From NCBI GenBank assembly GCA_965227835.1, contig OZ245768.1, forward strand, positions 360,001-392,000: a stretch of DNA of 32,000 nt, written 5' to 3'. The notes beneath the pieces were generated by a model that made no database searches, had not been told where the DNA came from, and was given only the letters and a program-made list of their open reading frames with translations. The stretch is from Candidatus Saccharimonadota bacterium. Lineage in GTDB: Bacteria > Patescibacteriota > Gracilibacteria > BD1-5 > UBA6164. Every line of letters starts with the position of its first letter. The stretch's first letter is position 1. The position numbers and the translations under genes are program-made. Below, in pieces: positions 10,654 through 21,112 of the stretch.

Positions 10654-10807
10654 AAAATGAAAATGAAATCACTTTAAAGTTAGATTTAACAATAAAAATT
10701 CCATTATACCTGTACATGGAGGTAGAAATTTACCTATTTGACTTTTAAAAGCTATTTTTAACCAACTAGATATTGATAAAGATTTGGATATATTTAAGGA
10801 TTTTTAA
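10622..10807 (+). pseudogene. hicA: HicA-like toxin lacking an ATG start (truncated or non-canonical start)
   Basis: The frame reads KILTKHGALVKKGKGNHFKVRFNNKNSIIPVHGGRNLPIGLLKAIFNQLDI..., a HicA pattern (G-x-H ... IP-x-H ... L-x-x-G-x-L). The frame opens just after a TAA at 10619 and has no ATG. It overlaps the hicB 3' end. Confidence 0.5.
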
Positions 10808-10817
10808 ATGATTTATT

Positions 10818-11069
10818 ATGCTTGATAGAAAGAATTTAATATATAGGAACAAAGAGCTTTTTTGGGATATATCTGATTTTAATAAACTTGGAGATGAAGC
10901 TTTAGAAGAAAGATTTTTAATGTATTGAGATTGGAAAAATATTTTAGATTTAATAGATATTTTTGGATATGAAAAATTTAGAAATATTTATTTAAAATTA
11001 AAAAATAAATCTAGGTGTAGTTTAAATAAAAAGACTATTAATTTTTTTAATCTTTACTTGAATGTATAG
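10818..11069 (+). CDS. Small protein, putative cognate antitoxin of the downstream AbiEii-like gene
   Basis: 83 aa. ...KELFWDISDFNKLGDEALEERFLMYGDWKNILDLIDIFGYEKF... Its stop overlaps the next gene's start. Confidence 0.4.
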
Positions 11070-11675
11070 GGATCTTTTATATGATAATCAGTTTGAAGTA
11101 ATTTTAATTTTGAGCTTATTTTCTAGAGATTTTTATTTAGCTTGATGAACTGCTATAGCTTTGCAATTATGACATAGGAAGAGTTTAGATTTTGATTTGT
11201 TTTCATATAAAAAAATAGATAATAATTCTATCGTTAATAAAATAAAAAATGGTTGATATGAAATTGAGAGAATTTTAATTGATAATAAAAGGAAGAGCTT
11301 ACAGTGATTATTAAATGAGTTAAAATTACCTTCTTATATTATCCTTTTAAAATAAATCTTGAAAATAAATTTGAACAGATTAGTATTCCAAATATAATGA
11401 CTCTATGAACGATGAAATTTTATACACTTTGAAGAAGATGAAAATGGAAAAATTATGTTGATTTGTATTTTATACTAAATAGTTGATATAAATTTTGAGA
11501 TATATCTAGTTTAGCACAAGATATATTTGCTTGAGGCTATAATGAAAAACTTTTAAGAGAGCAACTTTGCTATTTTGAAGATATTGATTATAATGAAGAA
11601 GTTGAATTTATTGAAGAAAGAGTAGATAATAAAGATATAGAGAAGTATTTGATTTCTGTTTCTTGTAGTTCTTAA
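11062..11675 (+). pseudogene. AbiEii/DUF1814-type nucleotidyltransferase toxin, frameshifted
   Basis: Frame A (11062-11355): ...FYLAGGTAIALQLGHRKSLDFDLFS..., the AbiEii N-terminal motif. The family-typical continuation GVKITFLYYPF...MTLGTMKFYTLGRRGKWKNYVDLYFIL...LCYFEDIDYNEE is in another frame that opens at 11289 and ends at TAA 11673-11675. A 1-nt indel lies near the A-run at ~11287. Confidence 0.6.
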
Positions 11676-11695
11676 GAATTTATTTGAGATTTGAT

Positions 11696-11989
11696 ATGAG
11701 ATTATATAAATGACAATATAATTTACTTCAATCTTTAGCAAAAACTATTAACTGAGATTTGTATTTGTTTTGAAGTAGGGTTTATGACAATAAAAAAGGC
11801 TGAGATATAGATATTTTGATTATAAATAAATCTGATAAAGATAATTTAAAATTATCTCTTGAGGTTGAAAGAGAATTTTTTAAATGTTACGAGCAAAAAA
11901 TTGATGTTGTTGTTTTTAATGAAAATATGACGAGAGAGCAAAGACTATTTTTTGATAGTATTAAGAAGCAAAAAATATGACAGATTTAG
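11696..11989 (+). CDS. Minimal nucleotidyltransferase (MNT), second pair
   Basis: 97 aa. LYLFGSRVYDNKKGGDIDILI motif. Overlaps the downstream HEPN gene. Confidence 0.7.
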
Positions 11990-12402
11990 AAAGAGTTTAT
12001 TATGAACAAGTTTTGAAAGCTTATACTCTATATAATGCTAGTTTAAAACACTTGTCTTCTCTTGAAATAGAAAAATTGGAAACACCGGAAGATTTAGAAG
12101 TTCTTGATGCATTTTTTTCTAGATTTGAAAGGCTTATAGAGTTGATTTTAAGTAAATTTTCTAAAACAGTTGAGATAAAAGAATTTTGAATTAGTGAATG
12201 AACTCTTAGGGATAGATTATCTTTGATGGAAAAGAAATGATACATTAGAGATTTAGATTTATGGTTTGATATGAGATGAGTAAGAAATAAAATAGCTCAT
12301 GAATATGTGAATAATTGACTCAAAGATATGTATATTTTCATAATTAATAATTATGATGAAGAGATTAAATTTTTTGTATCTAAAATAAAAAATATTTTTT
12401 AA
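11977..12402 (+). CDS. HEPN/DUF86-like protein, second pair
   Basis: 141 aa with TGA=Gly. ...WFDMRGVRNKIAHEY... carries the R-x(4)-H HEPN motif. Confidence 0.65.
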
Positions 12403-12418
12403 ATTTTAATATTATTTC

Positions 12419-12859
12419 ATGTCTGATAAAAAAAAGAAAATTTTTCCAAAATTAAAGAAAAAGTTAAAATGATTTCTTACTGATGAGAGTGGTAAGATTA
12501 GTAAAAAAGATGCTCTTGGTTTAGCTGCTGGTGCTGCTTTGCTGGGTAGTGTTGGTGAGGTTGCCGCTCATAGTAGTTGACATGGTAGTTGACATGCAAA
12601 TTGAAAAAATCGTCGTGACAGTAGCCAAGATCATCACTGAAGTGCAGTTTGACATGGTAATGCTTCCTGTTCTGTAAATCATGCAAGTTGAATAGTAAAT
12701 TGACATTATAGTTGAACTCCGAATGCCACTGTTGTGTGAGACTCTTGACATTGAAGTGCTTCAGGATCAAATGCAAATGGTCATGGAAGTCATGGAAGTC
12801 ATGGAAGTCATGGAAGTCATGGAAGTCATGGAAGTCATGGAAGTCATGGACAGTGGTAA
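12419..12859 (+). CDS. hxsA: His-Xaa-Ser repeat precursor protein HxsA-like
   Basis: 146 aa: MSDKKKKIFPKLKKKLKGFLTDESGKISKKDALGLAAGAALLGSVGEVAA-HSSGHGSGHANGKNRRDSSQDHHGSAVGHGNASCSVNHASGIVNGHYSGTPNATVVGDSGHGSASGSNANG-(HGS)x7-HGQW. Basic leader, hydrophobic segment, then degenerate and finally perfect H-x-S repeats. 11 in-frame TGA codons. Confidence 0.75.
12782..12850 (+). repeat. Perfect 9-bp tandem repeat catggaagt x7 (plus partial copy) encoding (His-Gly-Ser)n
   Basis: Direct reading. Units start at 12782, 12791, 12800, 12809, 12818, 12827 and 12836, with partial catgga at 12845-12850. Confidence 0.95.
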
Positions 12860-12890
12860 ATAAATATTTATTGTTTAATATAATTTCTAA

Positions 12891-13580
12891 ATGAGATATT
12901 TATTAATTGTTATTTTTGTAGTTAGTGTTTTATTAAACATATATCTTTTTTTAAGTGTTCATTATAATAGTACTTCTAAAAAAGCTGAACTATCTACTGA
13001 GCCTTCCTATAATAGTTGAGCAATAGAATTAGGATTTGTCGAAACTAATTTATCAACAAATGAGACTTCTCTAAATTGTGATTCTATGTTAGATTGATCT
13101 ATTGAATTGGAAGATATAAGAAATGAAAATATATCAAATTTATATGATTCTTATAAAGATATTTTAAATGTTATAAAATATATTTGAGAAGAATGAAATG
13201 ACTATGAAAAATTATTTAATCTTAAAAAAGGAAATTGTGATTTTTATGACACAAAATCTGAATATGATATATGTATTGATATTAGAAATAAAAAAGATAA
13301 CTTTATTGCAAGAGATATTTCAGATTATGATAAAGCCATACTTACTTCAATTAGTTCATCTGAAAATAATTGTTCAACTCTAAAAGATAATAATGACATT
13401 GAGGATTGTAATCTAACTTTTGAAAATTTTAATAATTTTCATCTTTTGGAGAATCCTGAAAATATTTTTTTGGCTAGCGACATTCAAATCTGAAAACTGT
13501 ATTCAGATTATTGAAAAAATAAACTCATTGAACAATTGAATACAGATTTTGTTTCTAAATGTAAATTTTATATGAAATAA
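12891..13580 (+). CDS. Membrane-anchored protein with scattered Cys, unknown function
   Basis: 229 aa. N-terminal anchor MRYLLIVIFVVSVLLNIYLFL, then an Asn/Asp-rich domain with 7 Cys. Open only with TGA=Gly. Confidence 0.5.
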
Positions 13581-13670
13581 ATGTTAATAATTATTATTAA
13601 TGTTATATAAAACTAGTATGTTGTTTTTTTCTCATTTTTATCTCAAATCTTTTATTTTATACCTAAAACT

Positions 13671-15009
13671 ATGAATTATACCTTGTCAGATAGAAATTTT
13701 TTGTCTAGTACATTTAATAATTTTAGATTTATTAGATTGTTGAGAATTGAAACTAAAGACTTTGAATTAGTTGACAGTGATAGAATAATAAGTGGATACA
13801 AGGATTGTATTGAAAATAATAATAGAATTGATTTATATATTCATATTCCATTATTGTTATAAAGAATGTTCTTTTTGTTATCATAGAATGGATCAATATA
13901 GAGGTAAGGAATTAATGGATTCTTATATAGACTTGTTAGAACAACAAATGAAAAACTTGTTCATCTTTTATTGAAAGATATATATAACTTCTTTATGGTT
14001 ATGATGATGAACTCCAACAGTAATGACAGAACAACAAACAATCCGACTATTTAATATTATTGATAAATACTTTATTAGAAATCCAAAATACATCTCAACC
14101 ATAGAATGACATCCTAATTCCCTTTCAAAGTCTAAAATAGATATATTAAGTCAATTTTGAATATCTATGATATCTATTCCCTTACAAACACTTAATGAAA
14201 ATTCATTAAAAATGAACAATAGATACTCCTCCTCTTATATTTATCAAGCTCAGGAAATGATAAACTACTCCATTAGAAAAAAATTTACAGAAGTATCTTC
14301 AGATATGATTGTTTGATTGGAATGAACTAATTTAAAATATGATATAAAAACATTCAATTTTTTAATGAATCTATGAGTGGATTGTATAGTAATCTTTCCA
14401 TATCAATTGAGTACAAAAAATCATAGATTTAGTAATACCGAATTTATAAAATTTAATAAAAATATAGAAGAAAGAATTAATTCATTGTTATTATACATAA
14501 GAAGATATACTGTATACAATATATTCAATCATGCAAAATATTGTAATGCTATATATGTGACTAAAAATTTATATTTAGGTGATAAAAAGTATCATACATT
14601 TTATTATAGATCCAAAAAAAGTCTAATATGATTAGGAGCATATGCTTTATGACATACATATAAAAAAAATTATTATAATTGTGATCTTGAAGATTATGTT
14701 AATAATAAAGGCAAATACAAATTATATAAACTATCTGATAATGAAGATATTTTATATTATATTTTAATGAATTTTGATAACTACTGATTTATAAACACTA
14801 AAGTATGTAATGAAATATTTTCTGTTGATATATTTAAAGCATTCAAAACACTCTCTTATCTTTTATCAAAGGAAGTAATTTACTTGAAGTGAAATTATAT
14901 ATATTTAAATGATTCTATGAGTAGAGACAAGATATTTCTTTATTTCTTAAAAATGATAAAGATAGAATTTCCTAATTTATATTGTCAATATGGTATCAAC
15001 AACATTTAA
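13671..15009 (+). CDS. HemN-like radical SAM protein, apparent +1 frameshift at ~13851 (intact from ATG 13792 in the downstream frame)
   Basis: Frame 1 (13671-13862) ends ...NRIDLYIHIPLLL*. The next frame reads ...YCYKECSFCYH...LWLGGGTPTV...IEGHPNS...ISIPLQTL...VGLEGTN..., ending at TAA 15007-15009. Skipping one base gives LYIHIP-YCYKECSFCYH, the canonical HemN-family motif. Confidence 0.7.
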
Positions 15010-15949
15010 AGAAGTATTTATAGAGCTAACTGACAAGTGTAATTTATCATGTGATTACTGTCATAAATATTGATGAAATAGCTTTATAGAAATAAAACTA
15101 TTTGAGAAAATTATTTCTCAAATAGTTAATAATCACCTTTCAAAAATTGATTTTTTGTGTATTTGGTGATGAGAACCTTTTTTGCATCCTAAAATTGAAA
15201 ATATATTTCAAATACTATCCAAATACTTCCAATACGTTCAAAAAGATTTCAAAATAGTTATTAATACAAATTGAATTTTATTGAAAAATAATATTCAAAG
15301 GATAAAAAAACTCGCTCAAAATTTAGATAATATAAATTTTGTGTTGTATGTTTCTCTTGACTGATATTGAATAAATTGAAATATTTATAGGAAAATAAAT
15401 CACAGAGAATATAAAATTATTTTAGAAAATATAGATAACATTTTATTAATTAATAGCCATAACTTGTCATTACAAATTAGTTCAGTTTTAAATTTTCAAA
15501 AATGAGTTTATAATATATCTGACTTTATAAATTTTTGGAATTTAAAATGAGTTTCAATAAATTTCTGCTTTCAAGAAATGTTGTATTGAAAGAATAAAAA
15601 ATTAAACAAAGGTTTATTGCTAAATATATTAACTAAAGCACTTTTCCTCTATAAAAATTGATATAATATTGTTATAGAAAATAGTTTAAATATGAATAAT
15701 GTTATTAGAATTGATGTTTTTTGAAATGTTTATAATTTTTTTGATAAAAGTTTCTTTGAGAAAAATAATTATAAATTTCTATTGTCTAAAAATTGAGATT
15801 TAGATTTTTTAAACCAAGGTAATTGGGAGTTAGAAATTGAAAATGATTATATTTGGTCTATTATATATAGAGACAAAAATTATTTGAAAATAATAAATTT
15901 ATTTTACAGTTTGTACTTGAAAAATAAGACAATTTCATGAATGGATTAG
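14990..15949 (+). CDS. Radical SAM protein
   Basis: 319 aa. IELTDKCNLSCDYCH near the N-terminus, then CIWGGEPFLHP (GG = TGA TGA). Overlaps the upstream gene by 20 nt. Confidence 0.7.
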
Positions 15950-16023
15950 AAATTTATAGTTATTTTTTTGGTTTTTTAAATTAAATTTCTATTAATTAAT
16001 ATTTTTGTTATTAGATAATTATT

Positions 16024-17403
16024 ATGGATAGTTTAAATAAAGATTACTGGAATACCTTTGCTTTCATAGCTGATAATACAACCGAATGAGAAGTCTTTCC
16101 ACCAGAAGACTTATTTAAAAGCTGTTCTAAAAATGATATTTTTTCTCTAATAAAGAATTATGTAGATAGTTGAAACTATAATAAGAAACCATATTTATCT
16201 TTATATTTTAATTTTCCATATTGTAACGAAAGATGTAGTTACTGTTGCTTAGCTAGTATTTGATTAAACAATAAATCAAAAATAGAAAAATATATTCTAG
16301 AATTGATAAGTGATATAAAAGCTGTATGAAGAATCTTAAAATTAAATCCTCAAATAAAAATTGATATATTATTTTTTTCTTGATGAACTTTTACTATTAT
16401 TGACGATTTTTTATTTGAATTATTCCTGAAGACCATAAAAGATAATTTTCAATTTAAAGATAATTATACATATGAAATGGAATTACATCCTGCTACAACT
16501 ACAGAAAATAAAGTTAATATAATGAAAAAGTACTGAGTAAATACTGTAATGTTATGAATACAATCATTAGATGAGTTAGTTTTGAAAAATTCTAACAGAA
16601 TTCAAACAAATAAACAAGTATTTAATGCAGTTAATCTAATTAGAAAATTCAACTTCAAAACTCTTAATGTAGACATAATCGCTTGATTGCCCTTTGAAAA
16701 AATTAGTACTTTTGTCAATAACCTAAAAATCATAATTACTAAAATTAATCCCGATATTATACATATGTATCCATTTTCACCAACAGATAATACATTGTTT
16801 ACAAAAATGTGACATAAGTTTACATCAGAACAGATAATAAATAGAGATAAAATGTTTTTATTATGAGAAAAATTAATTAAATCTTTTGATTATATAAAGT
16901 CAGATTGATATGTAAAAGTTTGAAAAGAAGTAAATAGCATATGGTGAATGAAATGCTATAAAGATATGTCCGTAATATCTTTTTGATATCCCCTTGATAT
17001 TCAATGATATCTTGAATGAGTATGATGTTATACCTCTCGGTATAATAGTAGCTATGCTATATATACTTATAAAAGTAAAGATATTATTTTGAGAAGAGAA
17101 TTATTTAGACTAACTTGGCTTTGAAAAGATATAAATTTAGCACATTTAAACAATAAATTCTGAATAGATGTTTTAAAGTATTTAAGTAGTGAATTTAGAG
17201 TTTTATTTGATAGTAATATCATTAATTTTAAATGAAGTGAAATTATTAGTTTTAATACTAGATATGTTTGGGAAAAAACTATATGTAGATGGATTTTTTT
17301 ACCTAAAAATTTATTAAAGGAGTTTTTACTTAAAAATAAAATTAATCATAATATTAATTATATAGATAAATTTAGGAAAAAATTATGAGAATATTATAAA
17401 TAA
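16024..17403 (+). CDS. HemN-like radical SAM protein (paralog of the 13671 gene)
   Basis: 459 aa. LYFNFPYCNERCSYC, FFSGGTFT, MELHPATT, MLGIQSLDE and DIIAGLPFE fit the HemN/coproporphyrinogen-III-oxidase-like family layout. Confidence 0.75.
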
Positions 17404-17414
17404 TTTATATAATT

Positions 17415-18344
17415 ATGAAACATATAGAATTAAATATATGACTTGCTTGTAACCATAAATGCATCTTTTGTATGTCGGGTATTGCAAGATGAAAAATTTT
17501 GTGATTTGAAAATGTATCTAATTTAAAACATGAAATAGATACATTATCTTCTAAATGATATGATTCTATATGATTTTTATGATGAGAACCTACTATACAC
17601 CCAGGTTTTTTGGAATTAGTATCCTATGCTAAACAAAAGGGCTTTATTAATATTGAAGTTATAACAAATTGATCAAAATTTCATAATAAGAAAATCTTGT
17701 TAGAATGTGTTAAGTCAGGATTAACAAGAATATCTTTATCAATTCATTCTCTTGATTATAAGAAAGAATCTATTTTATTATGAGGTATAGATAATGCTTT
17801 AGATCAAAAAATAGAGTCAGTAAAGAATATAGTTTATATATATAATAAATGATTATTAAAAAAAGAGCTATCTATAAATATTGTTGTAACTAAAAAAAAC
17901 TATAAAGATATCTATAAATTAATATTATATCTTTATAAGTTTTGAGTTAATTCTTTTAGGCTTAATTTTGTTCAACTTGAATGATATTCAACACAAAACT
18001 ATAATTTAATAGCAATAAAATATGAGAATTTTAAGAAATATCTATTAGATATAATATCACTAAGTAAAAAATATTTAGATTTAAGAGTAAATTTTGAAGC
18101 TATACCTTGGTGTTTTAGTTGATTGAATTATAAAGATTATTTAATATATTCAGAACAATCTATCGATAGGGAAAAAGATAAAATATCTAGAGACGATATA
18201 GATTTTAAATCTAGAAATATTATAAATCAACTTGATAGAAGAAAAGAATTGAAGTGATATATAAAAAAATGTAATATGTGTTTTTTGAAATCAAATTGTG
18301 AAGGAATTTGGAAAAGATATTTAGAATATTTTAATATTAACTAA
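17415..18344 (+). CDS. Radical SAM protein with C-terminal Cys-rich (SPASM/twitch-like) tail
   Basis: 309 aa. NIGLACNHKCIFC, GFLGGEPTIHP (17571-17591, three Gly by TGA), and C-terminal KKCNMCFLKSNCEGIW. Confidence 0.75.
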
Positions 18345-18350
18345 ATTATT

Positions 18351-19274
18351 ATGAATATTTCATGCGCATCAAATTTAGACGATGTATTTATAAAAAAAAT
18401 ATCTGATAATATAAATGAAAAAAAATTAGAATTCTTCTTATCTTTTCCTAGTGATAAATTCTCATTGAATAGACATTTTATTCCCAATATAAATTATGTT
18501 GACTTTAAGAAACATATACATTTAATAATATCCAGTTGATATAAAGTAAATTATTTACTAAACTCTTTACTTATAAATGATTATGATTTATTGATAAAAA
18601 AAATCTCAGATTTAACAAATATCTGAATAGATACCTTTACGGTTTCAGATTTAAAGGTTATTGAATTTTTAAATAAAAAATTTCCCCAAATTAATATTGT
18701 ATTATCTATTATTTATTGACTAAAATATACAGAAGATATTTATAAACTTTTAAAAAAATATAGTATTTCTAGATTTATTTTTGATCAATCTTTAAATCAT
18801 AATTTCAGGGGTTTAATAAATTTGACAAAAGAATGTAAAAAAAATTGAATAGAAACAGAAATTTTAGTTAATGAATTATGTTTTACTGATTGTAAATATA
18901 GAAAACAACATTATAATTTAGATTCTAAATATAGCAAAATTGATTTTAATTTAAAATCTAAACTATGAGATTATTGTAATGATGAAAGAAAATCAAATAA
19001 CATAATTTTAGACTCTCCTTGGATTAGACCTGAAGATATTGAAATATATGAAAAAATATGAATTGACTATATAAAAATATCGTGAAGAAACTCGTGAACA
19101 GATGTCTTATTTAATTGCTTGGATTCTTATATAAATAAAAATTATATTTGAAATTTTTTTGATTTAATGGATTTAGATTGAAAAAGAGATGATAAAACTT
19201 GAAGATCAGAAACAAGGTATTATGATAATAAAAGATTAAACTCAGTTTTATTATCTAAAATTAAAAAATTATAA
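18351..19274 (+). CDS. Peptidase U32 family-like protein
   Basis: 307 aa. ...SPWIRPEDIEIYEKIGIDYIKISGRNSG... resembles the U32 (PrtC/YhbU-type) core motif ending in K-I-x-G-R. Has Cys pairs (LCFTDC, DYC). No CxxxCxxC. Confidence 0.45.
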
Positions 19275-19278
19275 ATAA

Positions 19279-20187
19279 ATGAATAATATACGTTCGCATT
19301 TAATACGTGTAAATATGATTTGCAATGAAACATGTTCTTTTTGTAATGTAACAAGCCAAACTGAACCAAATTATAAAGATAAAACTATTTTTGAAATTCT
19401 AATAGAAGTTCAAAAAATTATTAAAAAAAATAATGGTCCTGAACTTGTAAAAATTACTTTATCATGATGAGAGCCCACCATTAGAAAAGATATTTGTAAA
19501 ATAGTTCTTTGAATTAAAAAACTATGAATTAAATATATTGAAGTCCAAACAAATGCAACATTATTAAAACCTAAATTAGCTTGAGATCTGATACTATCTT
19601 GAGTTAATAAATTTTTTATTTCTTTTCATAGCAACAATAAAGCTATATTTGAAGAGTATGTTTGACTTAAAAAAATATTTAAAATAGTTGTAAATAACAT
19701 AAAAAATTTATGAAAATATAATGATATTGAGGTCATATTGAATCCAGTGATAAGTAGGAAGAATTATCAAAACTTAAAATCATATTTTGATTTTGTTAAA
19801 AAGGAATTTATTTTTGTAAAGTATATATCTTTATCTTTTATTCAGCCACACTGAGAGGCTGAAAAAAATATAGACTTAATGCTAGATTATGATTTTGTTA
19901 GTAAAAATTTAGCTTGAATATTAGATTATGCTTATAATTTGTGATTTATTTTGAATAACCCCTATTGTTGATTGCCAATTTGCGTTTTATGATGGGATAA
20001 ATATAGTAAAAATTGTATAGAAGTTATTGAAGGTAAGGAAATTATTGACAATAATAAATTAAGGTTTGATAACAATAAAATATACTTGGAAGAATGTCAA
20101 AGCTGTATTTATAAATGATTATGTGGTTGAGTTTGGAAAAAATATGTAGATTTATATTGAAATAAATGAATTAATACCATAAAATAA
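19279..20187 (+). CDS. Radical SAM protein with C-terminal Cys-rich tail
   Basis: 302 aa. VNMICNETCSFC, ITLSGGEPTI, and C-terminal ECQSCIYKGLCGGVW. Confidence 0.75.
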
Positions 20188-20197
20188 ATTAAAACCA

Positions 20198-21112
20198 ATG
20201 AAAAGATTAGAGTTTCACATTTCATATATTTGTAATCATGACTGTATTTTTTGTAGTGAATATGATAGATTAGTTACATATAAAAAAAATCCTTTAACTA
20301 TTCTTCAAATAAAAACTATATTGCTTGATAGAAGAAAGAAATGATTTAATCATATTAATTTTACTTGATGAGAACCAACAATCATACCTTGATTTATAAA
20401 TGTTTTGAAATTTGCAAAAAAGCTTTGATATAAAATTTATGTTTGAACTAATGGAACCATGTTTTCTTCTAATGATTTTGCAAAGCAAGCACTAGAATTT
20501 ATAGATGAATTATCTTTATCTATTCATTGGTATGATAAGGAAACTTGTGAAAAACAAGTCTGAGTACCCAATCATTTTAATATTTATAAAAATTACATAT
20601 CAAAAAATATATGAAAATATAAAAACGATAAAACATTTTTATTTTCTAACGTTGTTTTAAATAAATACAATTATAAAAATACTTTAGATATAGTTAAATT
20701 TATAAAATCTACATATCCTTGAATTAAGCAAATACTAATATCAAACATAGCTCCTGAATGATTAGCAGATAATGATTTTTCTAGTTTAGTTTTTGATTTA
20801 CTTAATTTTAAAAATTATATTCCTGGCATTGTAAATTATTGTAATGATAATGATTTAATATTAAGGTTTTTTTGAATACCGATGTGTATAATAACAGAAA
20901 AATATCAGGATTATTCTAATGATAAACATTGGGAAGAAAGGCATACAATAGAAAGATTTACTAATGAGAATTGAAATATTGTATTGAAAGATATTTATAG
21001 TCCGGATAATTCTAGAAAAAGATCTTTTGTTTCCAAATGTGAAACTTGTAAGTGGAAAATAAATCCTTGTACAGGAGTTTTTAAAAAGTATTTAGATTAT
21101 TATAATATATAA
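20198..21112 (+). CDS. Radical SAM protein
   Basis: 304 aa. HISYICNHDCIFC, NFTGGEPTI, and C-terminal KCETCKWKINPCTG. Confidence 0.75.

Noticed and set aside
12498-12894. Minus-strand ORFs 12498-12776 and 12521-12751, and + ORF 12712-12894 with a (WKS)n repeat
   Set aside because: They are alternative readings of the hxsA repeat region. The + frame from 12419 with TGA=Gly yields a continuous leader-plus-HxS-repeat protein with a proper start and TAA stop.
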